From positions 17,535 through 63,298 of the forward strand of contig CAYVKX010000001.1 in the NCBI GenBank assembly GCA_964452095.1: a stretch of 45,764 bases of DNA, written 5' to 3'. Of the stretch, positions 38,288-45,764 are shown piece after piece (position 1 is the first letter of the stretch; the number at the start of each line of letters is the position of its first letter). The translations under genes and the position numbers were made by a program. A model generated the notes under the pieces. The model ran no database searches. It saw only the letters and a program-made list of their open reading frames with translations, and had not been told where the DNA came from. Origin of the DNA: an uncultured Weeksellaceae bacterium (GTDB taxonomy: Bacteria > Bacteroidota > Bacteroidia > Flavobacteriales > BACL11).

Positions 38288-39064
38288 ATGAAGTTGTTTT
38301 CAAAAAAATATGGAGAAAATGGGCAGGATTTAATCATCATTCATGGGCTTTTTGGCATGAGCGATAATTGGAATAGTTTAGGAAAACAATTTGCAAAATA
38401 TTGTAAAGTGCATCTTTTGGATTTGAGAAATCATGGCAGGTCACCACATTCAAATGAATTTAATTATGATGTGATGTGTGAGGATCTGCTGGAATATATG
38501 CAGGATAATAGCATAAAAAAAGCCATCATTTTAGGGCATTCTTTGGGTGGAAAAGTAGGTATGAAATTTGCTTTTACTTATCCAGAAAAAGTAGAAAAAC
38601 TATTGGTTGCAGATATTGCTCCAAGAAGATACAATACTGATTTTCATCAAAATATTTTGAAAATATTGTACAGGCTTCCACTTGAAGATTTTGCAAAAAG
38701 AGAAGAAATAGATGTGGTGTTAGCTGAACAAATAACCGATAGAGGCATGCGTTTGTTTTTGCTTAAAAACTTATATAGAAATGAAAATAAGGAGTTTGCT
38801 TGGCGCTTTAATATAGAAGTGTTATTAGAGAAAGTAAGCAACATACAGCAAGCCGATTTTATTAAAGGCGTTTGCAATATCCCTACTCATTTTTTAAGGG
38901 GTGGAAATTCTGATTATATAAATTCGGAAGACAAGCTCATTATAGAAAAACATTTTGCTGATTATAGTATTGCTACTTTTAAGGAAGCAGGGCATTGGCT
39001 ACACGCCCAGCAGCCCGAACGCTTTTACAATGAAGTAATGGGTTTTTGTTTGTTAGAGATTTAG
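38288..39064 (+). CDS. alpha/beta-fold hydrolase (YbfF-like esterase)
   Basis: 258 aa with HGLFG, the nucleophile elbow GHSLGG and a C-terminal GHWLH. The ATG abuts the pdxJ stop. Confidence 0.85.
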   Translation: MKLFSKKYGENGQDLIIIHGLFGMSDNWNSLGKQFAKYCKVHLLDLRNHGRSPHSNEFNYDVMCEDLLEYMQDNSIKKAIILGHSLGGKVGMKFAFTYPEKVEKLLVADIAPRRYNTDFHQNILKILYRLPLEDFAKREEIDVVLAEQITDRGMRLFLLKNLYRNENKEFAWRFNIEVLLEKVSNIQQADFIKGVCNIPTHFLRGGNSDYINSEDKLIIEKHFADYSIATFKEAGHWLHAQQPERFYNEVMGFCLLEI

Positions 39065-39118
39065 AACTCCACCTTCACTAGCCACATTAAATCCTTTTAC
39101 AATCCTTCTTTTGAGGGT

Positions 39119-39184
39119 ATAATCGTGAAAACAATCTAAAAAAACAAGTCATTTTCACGATTTTAAGCTAATAATCGTGAAAAT
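39119..39184. promoter_or_regulatory. three copies of AATCGTGAAAA (direct, inverted, direct) upstream of fic
   Basis: ATAATCGTGAAAA occurs at 39119..39131 and 39171..39183, with the inverted copy at 39152..39162. The site is either an operator or a large-loop terminator hairpin of the upstream gene. Confidence 0.5.
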
Positions 39185-39189
39185 ATTCT

Positions 39190-39197
39190 TATCTTTG
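39190..39197 (+). promoter_or_regulatory. -7 box TATCTTTG only 4 nt before the fic ATG (leaderless geometry)
   Basis: Exact TAnnTTTG match with G at 39197 and the A of ATG at 39202. Confidence 0.45.
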
Positions 39198-39201
39198 CAT
39201 T

Positions 39202-40074
39202 ATGGCAAAGACATGTCAAATCTATCAATCGATTAAATTATTAAGGGAACGCTACTTAAAAGCATCTCAAAATAAAGCGTCTTTATTGAAATTAATAAGT
39301 GATGCGGAAGTTTCTGAGCAAGTGTATAATTCCAATGCTATTGAAAACAGTACGCTTAGTTTAGAGGAAACCGACAAGATTTTAATGCAAATTGACTTGG
39401 ACAGATTTATATCAGAAAGAGAATTTTTTGAAACAAAAAATTTAGCAAGAATTGTTACTTATATCAATTCAGCAGCAAAGGAAAGGGAGTTAGATTTTGA
39501 TATGATATTGCGTTTGCATAAAATGTTACTTTCCAATATTAGAGATGAAATTGCTGGTAGATTTAGAAATGTTGATGAATGGGTAAGGGTTGGCAATCAT
39601 ATTGCGCTTGACCCTAAGCAAATTGAATATGCCTTAACTAAAATGCTTATTGATTATCAAGTAAATAATGATGAACATATTGTAAAAAGGATCGCAAAAT
39701 TGCATTTAACTTTTGAGCAAATCCATCCTTTTGTTGATGGTAATGGAAGGATTGGTAGAATATTAAATAATTACTTTTTGATTAGAGAGTCGTATGTTCC
39801 TATAAATATAAAATTTATAGATAGAGCCTTTTATTATGCTGCATTTAATGAGTTTAATGCTAATGGGAAGACTGCTGTTATGGAAGAAATGGTAGGTAAA
39901 GCACTTGCTAATTCCTATCACAAACGGCTTGCGTATTTAGAAGGCAAAAAGATTATTACTCTGAATGAATATTCAAAGCAAAATAATACTTCACACACTA
40001 ACTTAATTAACAAAGCAAAAAGGCAAACTATTGAGGCCTTTTTAGAAAAAGGAGTATGGAAAATTGGAATATAA
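39202..40074 (+). CDS. Fic-family protein (AMPylase-type) with N-terminal inhibitory motif
   Basis: 290 aa with the canonical Fic motif HPFVDGNGRIGR (HxFx[DE]GNGRxxR). SNAIEN near residue 43 fits the [ST]xxxE[GN] auto-inhibitory helix motif. Confidence 0.9.
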   Translation: MAKTCQIYQSIKLLRERYLKASQNKASLLKLISDAEVSEQVYNSNAIENSTLSLEETDKILMQIDLDRFISEREFFETKNLARIVTYINSAAKERELDFDMILRLHKMLLSNIRDEIAGRFRNVDEWVRVGNHIALDPKQIEYALTKMLIDYQVNNDEHIVKRIAKLHLTFEQIHPFVDGNGRIGRILNNYFLIRESYVPINIKFIDRAFYYAAFNEFNANGKTAVMEEMVGKALANSYHKRLAYLEGKKIITLNEYSKQNNTSHTNLINKAKRQTIEAFLEKGVWKIGI

Positions 40075-40200
40075 AATAGTTGTCATTCCGAACCTTGTGT
40101 GAGGAAACGCTTTTTGTTCGGCAGAGCCAACTCGTTTTTGAACTATCTTTTAAAACAACCACACGAAACAATCGTGCGGGAGCTGGGAAGTTTTAGGAAA

Positions 40201-41310
40201 TTATTTCAAAACCTTCATTTCACTTAATCCCTTTATCAAATTAACCCCAGGAATTTTTCCTTTATCGAAAGTTCCTAAGTCTGAAAAACCTAATGCTTCC
40301 GCTCCATTTTTTGAAGCAATTTTGAGTAGTGTATTCATGTCAAAATCTGAGTTATCTTTAATAGTTTTAAGCTCCTCCAAAATAGAAAGAGAATTATTGG
40401 AAGCTAAACTATCCGTTCCTACACACAATTTATTTGCATCAAAAATAGAATAGTCTGGCAAGGCATTTTCAATATATAAATTGGCTTTTGGGCAAGTGCA
40501 GTAATAGTTATCAGAAATATCTTCTTTTTTAGCAAAAGTATTATGAACCATTAGCATTTTTTTATTTCCTAATTCCTCTAAAACTGAATTAGATTTAGTT
40601 CTATTATTATACAATTCTGGGCTTGCATTTATTCCTTGCAACCAATTATAGAAAGAGCCTCTTTTCTGTTCAAACAATTCATTTTCATGTTTTGTTTCTT
40701 GCATGTGTATAGTCATCAATTCATCTTCATCAGAAAATGAATTTTTTATTTCTTCCATCAAGTTAGGAAGAACAGAATATGGCGCATGAGGAGAAATTGT
40801 TGCTTTTTGTCCAGCTTCTATAAACTGATTTCTCAACTCTTTAGCCTCAGAAATAATTTGATTTACTAAGTCATTCTTAACTCCAAAAACTTCAATAAAA
40901 TTATAATATTTTAAATTATCTTTTTGCTTTTGAAATAGCGTATCAGTTGTATTGCAAATATCCCCAACTGCAACTATTCCATTTTTTATCATTTGCTTTT
41001 CTGCATTTTCAATTGCTTCCAAAATTTTTTCATTTGAATATTCATTTCTCTGCTGAACCGCCCCTACAAAATCCAAGAAACCTTTTCCTTTTTCTGCAAC
41101 ACCCAATAAATGGGAAAGCTCCAAATGACAATGTGCATTCACAAATCCTGGGCATAAGATTCCTTCAAAAATTTCTAGTTTTTCACTAGAAATGTTCGTT
41201 CTATTTTCAAATATTGCAATCACTTCTCCTTCATCAGAAAGTTGTAAGACTCCTCCTTTAATTGGAGAAATATGTAGTGGATATAAATAATCGGCTGTTA
41301 AAAATCGCAT
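40201..41310 (-). CDS. metal-dependent amidohydrolase-superfamily protein (nucleoside/aminodeoxyfutalosine-deaminase-like)
   Basis: 369 aa with the VNAHCHLELS HxH metal motif near the N-terminus and later HMQE and GTDS motifs. The substrate is not assignable from sequence. Confidence 0.75.
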   Translation of the reverse strand: MRFLTADYLYPLHISPIKGGVLQLSDEGEVIAIFENRTNISSEKLEIFEGILCPGFVNAHCHLELSHLLGVAEKGKGFLDFVGAVQQRNEYSNEKILEAIENAEKQMIKNGIVAVGDICNTTDTLFQKQKDNLKYYNFIEVFGVKNDLVNQIISEAKELRNQFIEAGQKATISPHAPYSVLPNLMEEIKNSFSDEDELMTIHMQETKHENELFEQKRGSFYNWLQGINASPELYNNRTKSNSVLEELGNKKMLMVHNTFAKKEDISDNYYCTCPKANLYIENALPDYSIFDANKLCVGTDSLASNNSLSILEELKTIKDNSDFDMNTLLKIASKNGAEALGFSDLGTFDKGKIPGVNLIKGLSEMKVLK

Positions 41311-41314
41311 AGCA

Positions 41315-41322
41315 CAAAAGTA
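41315..41322 (-). promoter_or_regulatory. -7 box TACTTTTG (minus strand) 4 nt before the amidohydrolase ATG
   Basis: The plus strand reads CAAAAGTA, with the same TAnnTTTG-N4-ATG geometry as fic. Confidence 0.4.
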
Positions 41323-41325
41323 ATA

Positions 41326-41333
41326 TATCTTTG
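41326..41333 (+). promoter_or_regulatory. -7 box TATCTTTG upstream of rlmN
   Basis: Exact TAnnTTTG match, 9 nt before the ATG at 41343. This makes the ORF-track TTG start at 41331 implausible. Confidence 0.45.
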
Positions 41334-41342
41334 CAATATATT

Positions 41343-42383
41343 ATGAGTGAAAAAAAAGATATCCGAGAATTAAGTTTAGAACAGATACAAGAATTTTGTT
41401 TAACCAATAAATTACCTAAATTTAGAGCAAAACAAGTTTGTGAATGGTTATGGAAAAAAAGAGCTGTTTCATTTGAAGAAATGACTTCTTTATCCAAAGA
41501 TATGCGTGAACTATTTTCTGATAATTTTACAATAAATGCTGTTAAAATCCATAAAGCAGAAAGAAGTATTGATGGTACAATTAAGTACAGTCTTCAACTG
41601 CATGATAAACTTTTAGTTGAAGGAGTAATAATCCCTTCAAAAAACAGATTAACTGCTTGTGTATCATCACAAGTTGGCTGTAGTTTAGCTTGTGAATTCT
41701 GTGCAACAGGCACCATGAAATTGGGTAGAAATTTAACGGCAGATGAAATATACGACCAAGTTTTTATCTTAAATGAAGAAGCACTTTCTAACTTTGGAAA
41801 ACCTCTTTCCAACATAGTATTTATGGGAATGGGAGAGCCACTTTTAAATTATAATGCCCTTTTAAAAAGCATAGATTTCATCACACAAGAGCAAGGTTTA
41901 GGAATGTCGCCAAAAAGATTAACCGTATCCACTGCTGGGATATCCAAAATGATAAAAAAATTAGGAGATGATGATGTGAAATTTAATTTGGCAGTTTCAT
42001 TACACACAGCTAGTAATAGTAAAAGAGATATTTTGATGCCCCTAAATCAAAAAGTGAAATTGGAGGAGTTAAGAGAGGCAATACAATATTTTTATGATAA
42101 AACAAGGAGTAGAGTTACTTATGAATACATTCTTTTTAAAAATTTGAATGACTGCTTAGAAGATGCTCAACAATTAGTGCAAATTGCAAAAGTTAGTCCA
42201 TGTTAAATTAACTTGATTGAGTACAATGCTGTTGATGATTTACCTTATGAAAAATCTTCAAATAAAGTTACTGAAAACTTTATTAAGTACTTGGAAGAAA
42301 AAAAACTAATTGTAAATTTAAGAAGGAGTAAAGGGAAAGATATTGCAGCTGCTTGTGGGCAATTAGTGGGTAAGTTAAAATAA
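41343..42383 (+). pseudogene. rlmN: radical-SAM 23S rRNA/tRNA adenine-C2 methyltransferase RlmN, interrupted by one in-frame TAA at 42204..42206
   Basis: CSLACEFCATG (CxxxCxxC) and GMGEPL lie in the 5' part. The same frame continues after the TAA for 58 codons (INLIEYN...DIAAACGQLVGKLK) to the TAA at 42381..42383. The two parts together are about 346 aa, the normal RlmN length. Confidence 0.85.
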
Positions 42384-42459
42384 CTTTTTAACAAGCTCTT
42401 TTTTTGTAAAGATTAGCACAAACTTCTTTGTATATTCGCTCTCTTTCTTTTTGTAAAAT

Positions 42460-43434
42460 TTGAGTATAATAAACGAAATAAAATCCCCTATAAAAAAGGA
42501 GATGCAACTTTTTGAAAAAAAGTTCAAAGCATCTCTTAGTAGCAAAGTACCTTTGCTCGATAAAATAATGCATTATATTATAAAGCGAAAAGGCAAGCAA
42601 ATGCGCCCTATGTTTGTTTTCCTTTCGGCAAAACTTTGCGGAAAAGTTACGGAAAGTAGCTATATTGCTGCATCCTTAATTGAGCTTTTGCATACTGCCA
42701 CCTTGGTGCATGATGATGTGGTAGATGAGTCCGATTTTAGGAGGGGATTTTTCTCCATCAATGCTATTTGGAAAAATAAGATTGCTGTGTTAGTAGGTGA
42801 TTTTTTGCTTAGTAGAGGGCTACTTTTAGCGGTAGAAAAAAATGAATTTGAACTTTTGAAAATAATGAGTAGTGCGGTAAAAGATATGAGTGAGGGAGAG
42901 CTTTTACAAATAGAAAAAGCAAGAAAATTAGACATTAAAGAGGATGTATATTTTGAAATTATTCGGCAGAAAACTGCTACCCTCATTGCCGCTTGTTGTG
43001 CTTGTGGAGCAAGCTCCACTTCTGATGACAAACAACTGGTAGAAAAAATGCATCTTTTTGGGCAAACAGCCGGCATTGCTTTTCAAATAAAAGATGATTT
43101 GTTTGACTATACGCACAACCCAATTATTGGCAAGCCAACTGGCATTGATATCAGAGAACAAAAAATGACTTTACCATTAATTTACACTTTAAATAGTAGC
43201 GATACTGCTCAGAAAAAAATGATTATTAATACTGTAAAAAATCATAATAAAGATACTGAAAAAGTGGCGGCACTTATTGCTCTGGTAAAAGAAAGTGGGG
43301 GGTTAGAATATGCAGAAAAAAAGATGAAAGAATACCATCAAAAAGCATTAGTAATTTTAGATGATTTTCAGGAAAGTGAAACTAAAACTTCTCTAAAAAA
43401 AATGATTGATTTTGTAATTGAAAGAAAGCAATGA
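42460..43434 (+). CDS. ispB: long-chain polyprenyl-diphosphate synthase (octaprenyl/solanesyl type)
   Basis: 324 aa with GKQMRPMFVFL, LVHDDVVDES and FQIKDDLFD. A TTG start is inferred because no upstream ATG is in frame. Confidence 0.85.
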   Translation: MSIINEIKSPIKKEMQLFEKKFKASLSSKVPLLDKIMHYIIKRKGKQMRPMFVFLSAKLCGKVTESSYIAASLIELLHTATLVHDDVVDESDFRRGFFSINAIWKNKIAVLVGDFLLSRGLLLAVEKNEFELLKIMSSAVKDMSEGELLQIEKARKLDIKEDVYFEIIRQKTATLIAACCACGASSTSDDKQLVEKMHLFGQTAGIAFQIKDDLFDYTHNPIIGKPTGIDIREQKMTLPLIYTLNSSDTAQKKMIINTVKNHNKDTEKVAALIALVKESGGLEYAEKKMKEYHQKALVILDDFQESETKTSLKKMIDFVIERKQ

Positions 43435-45314
43435 TTCCAAAGGAAACCATAGATAAAATATTTGAGGCAGCCAGAGTAGAGGAAGTGGTAAGTGGCTTTG
43501 TACAACTCAAAAAAAGGGGGGCTAATTTTATTGGACTTTGTCCTTTTCATGATGAAAAAACGCCATCATTTTCAGTATCGGCTACAAAGGGGATTTACAA
43601 ATGTTTTGGTTGTGGAAAGGGTGGAAATGCAGTGAGTTTTGTAATGGAGCATGAGCATTATTCTTATCCGGAAGCGCTAAAATATTTAGCGGAAAAATAC
43701 AATATTGAAGTAGTAGAAAAAGAGCTGACTCCAGAGCAAAGCATTAGAGCAAACGATAGAGATAGTTTGTATGTAATTAGCTCCTTTGCCAACAAATTTT
43801 TTCAAGAGCAATTGTGGGAAACAAAAGAAGGAAAAGCTATTGGACTCAGCTATTTTAAGGAAAGAGGATTTTTAGAAGAAACCATCAAAAAATTCCAATT
43901 AGGATATAGCCCCAAACAAAAAGATGCGCTCAGCAAAAAAGCAATTTCATCTTCTTATCAAGAAAAATATTTGGAAGATTCTGGTCTATCGATAATTAAA
44001 GATGGGAAAACAAATGATAGATTTAGAGAAAGAATGATGTTTCCTATTCATAGTTTTTCTGGAAGAGTTTTGGGTTTTGGCGGCAGAACTTTACAAAAAG
44101 ATAATAAGGCAAAATATGTAAATTCTCCTGAGAGTTTAATTTACCTAAAAAGTAAAATTTTGTATGGGATTTATTTTGCTAAGCAGCACATCAGCAAGCA
44201 AAACAACTGCTATATTGTGGAAGGATATACGGATGTAATTTCCCTTCATCAAGCGGGAGTAGAGAATGTAGTGTCCTCTTCTGGAACCTCCCTTACCACT
44301 GAGCAAATAAAATTAATTAACCGATTTACCAAAAACATCACTATTCTTTTTGATGGAGATGCTGCTGGATTAAAAGCGTCATTTAGAAGTATTGATATGA
44401 TACTTTCGGAAGGGATGAATGTGAAAATTGTACTTTTCCCAGAGGGAGAAGATCCAGATTCTTATGCCAGAAAATGTAGTGAGCAAGAATTGAAGGAATT
44501 TTTGCAAGAAAACCAAAAAGATTTTATCACTTTCAAAACAGATGTGTTGAGTAAAGATACTGAAAACGATCCTGCCAAAAGGGTGGAAATGATAAAAAAT
44601 ATTGCTTCTTCCATTGCTCAAATTCCTGATGATATTAGTCGATCGGAATACATAAAAGTATGTAGCAGAATGCTAAAGGTGAAAGAATTAGATTTATCAA
44701 AAGAAGTAAGTGCGCAAAGAAAAAAACAAATTAACCCGTATCCATCAAAAAAAGAAGAAGATCCTAACACACAAACTACTAGCAAAAAACCAAATACAGC
44801 CAAAGAAGAAAAAGAAATAATCCGACTTTTACTGAATTACGGCAATGAAGCACTAACTTTTAATAGTGAAGAAATTAGTATTGCTGATTTTATAACTAAT
44901 GAGTTAGAAGGCGACAATATCCATTTTAAATCAGAAGAATACCAACTTTTATTAGAAGAAATATCAATCCTTTTAAAAAAAGAAGGGCAAATAAATTTAA
45001 GTTATTTCACACTTCATTTCAACCCTACAATAAGTAAAACAGCAATTGATTTGATAAGCGAAAAACATGGAATGAGTGAGAACTGGACGAAAAGGCATAA
45101 GATTCAAACAGGCACAGAAAAAAACAAAATGAGAAAAGCTGTTGAAAGTTCAATTTATGCCTTAAAACTGAAACTCTTAGACGAAAAACTTAGCATGGTT
45201 CAACTGGAAATAAAAGAAAATCCAGAAGATATTGAAAGAAGCACAAAATCTTATGCAAAACTTCTTAAAGTAAGAAAGTTGATTGTAGAAAAGTTAGGAA
45301 GGACTATTAGTTAG
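43431..45314 (+). CDS. dnaG: DNA primase
   Basis: 627 aa with the CHC2 zinc finger CPFHDEKTPSF...CFGCGKGG and the Toprim EGYTDVISL/DGDAAG. ATGA overlap with the ispB stop. Confidence 0.95.
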   Translation: MIPKETIDKIFEAARVEEVVSGFVQLKKRGANFIGLCPFHDEKTPSFSVSATKGIYKCFGCGKGGNAVSFVMEHEHYSYPEALKYLAEKYNIEVVEKELTPEQSIRANDRDSLYVISSFANKFFQEQLWETKEGKAIGLSYFKERGFLEETIKKFQLGYSPKQKDALSKKAISSSYQEKYLEDSGLSIIKDGKTNDRFRERMMFPIHSFSGRVLGFGGRTLQKDNKAKYVNSPESLIYLKSKILYGIYFAKQHISKQNNCYIVEGYTDVISLHQAGVENVVSSSGTSLTTEQIKLINRFTKNITILFDGDAAGLKASFRSIDMILSEGMNVKIVLFPEGEDPDSYARKCSEQELKEFLQENQKDFITFKTDVLSKDTENDPAKRVEMIKNIASSIAQIPDDISRSEYIKVCSRMLKVKELDLSKEVSAQRKKQINPYPSKKEEDPNTQTTSKKPNTAKEEKEIIRLLLNYGNEALTFNSEEISIADFITNELEGDNIHFKSEEYQLLLEEISILLKKEGQINLSYFTLHFNPTISKTAIDLISEKHGMSENWTKRHKIQTGTEKNKMRKAVESSIYALKLKLLDEKLSMVQLEIKENPEDIERSTKSYAKLLKVRKLIVEKLGRTIS

Positions 45315-45764
45315 TTTCCTTTATATCCCTTAATTTAAGTTGTAAATTTTTTCTACCATTCCATAGGTTTTCATAAATAGAATAGCAAATATCAAAAGGT
45401 TGCTCATCTTTTACTTTATCAAAATGATGGGCCAAACCAAAGCCAATACTACTGATAGAATTCCTACAATTATCGTTAGTAATATTTAAGCGTAAATGAG
45501 TTTTATCTGCTCCTACTATCCCGCCATAACCATTATCTTTCACTGCTTTTGTAATAAAAATTGGTGTGCGATTTTGTGGTCCAAAAGGTGCAAACTGCTG
45601 AATAATTCTAAAAAGTTTATCGTCAATATCGTGCAAATCGAGCTCCATATCAATAGATACTTCTGGTGTTAGTTGCTCCTTTGTAATAGTATCGGTAACT
45701 GCCTTTTCAAAAGCGGTAATAAAATCTTGCAGATTTTCTTTTTTAAGCGTAAGCCCTGCTGCAT
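45307..45764 (-). CDS. recJ: single-stranded-DNA-specific exonuclease RecJ, C-terminal part (5' end outside window)
   Basis: The minus-strand frame is open to the window edge (AAGLTLKKENLQDFITAFEKAV...FAPFGPQNRTPIF), so the ORF-track Met at 45648 is internal. The stop overlaps the dnaG 3' end by 8 nt. Confidence 0.88.
   Translation of the reverse strand, partial: AAGLTLKKENLQDFITAFEKAVTDTITKEQLTPEVSIDMELDLHDIDDKLFRIIQQFAPFGPQNRTPIFITKAVKDNGYGGIVGADKTHLRLNITNDNCRNSISSIGFGLAHHFDKVKDEQPFDICYSIYENLWNGRKNLQLKLRDIKETN

Noticed and set aside
37646-38877. Minus-strand ORFs inside pdxJ and the alpha/beta hydrolase gene
   Set aside because: They are antisense shadows with no independent signals.
1461-41342. 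N-terminal extensions offered by the ORF track (starts at 1461, 10482, 10489, 16483, 20993, 24235, 27799, 27766, 29129, 30252, 34512, 41331)
   Set aside because: The extensions begin at TTG or other non-ATG codons, or add non-conserved hydrophobic junk. In each case an internal ATG reproduces the canonical family N-terminus or a signal peptide, and it often fits a nearby -7 box or the neighbouring gene's stop.
42204-42206. TAA in rlmN as evidence of stop-codon reassignment
   Set aside because: TAA clearly terminates many other genes here at conserved C-termini (rplM, tsf, frr, the ferredoxin gene and nuoH among them). A genome-wide recoding of TAA is therefore not supported.
40947-45000. Small ORFs 40947..41189 (+), 41258..41497 (-), 41594..41815 (-), 42388..42600 (-), 42660..43161 (-), 43368..43550 (-), 44379..44803 (-)
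   Set aside because: All overlap the amidohydrolase, rlmN, ispB or dnaG genes on the opposite strand, or cover promoter regions. Their translations are low-complexity.
45307-45314. 8-nt convergent overlap of the dnaG and recJ 3' ends (and the 4-nt overlap of the gamma-CA-like gene and murI at 28305..28308)
   Set aside because: This is ordinary compact-genome packing with no associated structure or signal.

Overview
AT-rich chromosomal segment with the hallmarks of Bacteroidota, probably a Flavobacteriia-like lineage. The evidence is TAnnTTTG -7 promoter boxes, little Shine-Dalgarno signal, and conserved gene orders (uppS-bamA-skp-skp-murI; CBS/nadK/pdxJ). Almost all of it is densely packed core housekeeping. 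Left to right: kbl (3' fragment); rplM-rpsI-rpsB-tsf; pyrH-frr; an MMPL/RND-type transporter tightly joined to rfbA and a short-chain prenyl-diphosphate synthase; an orphan sulfotransferase-like gene; bcp; and a small XRE regulator. Next comes a 13-kb minus-strand block, korA-korB-nuoABCDHIJKLMN-orf111, facing a divergent 2x[4Fe-4S] ferredoxin gene. After that: M1 aminopeptidase, Nfu/NifU, gamma-carbonic-anhydrase-like protein, the murI-skp-skp-bamA-uppS-DUF6089-nadK-POTRA OMP-CBS block, pdxJ, an alpha/beta hydrolase, a Fic protein, an amidohydrolase, rlmN, ispB-like synthase, dnaG and recJ (3' fragment). I found no rRNA, tRNA, CRISPR array, transposase, integrase or recognisable defence island, and no obvious novel multi-gene system. 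Points worth a second look: (1) a complex-I operon lacking nuoEFG sits directly behind korAB and opposite a ferredoxin gene, which suggests a ferredoxin-to-quinone respiratory module; (2) a 268-nt spacer between nuoI and nuoJ is closed by a perfect 19-bp inverted repeat and contains three internal hairpins (MITE-like or structured cis-RNA); (3) an uncharacterised 111-aa ORF is translationally coupled to nuoN; (4) rlmN is interrupted by a single in-frame TAA at a conserved Lys position; (5) the Fic gene has a triple AATCGTGAAAA motif and leaderless promoter geometry; (6) modular hairpin repeats lie at the two accessory junctions. All functional calls come from reading the translations and motifs by eye; no database search was run.
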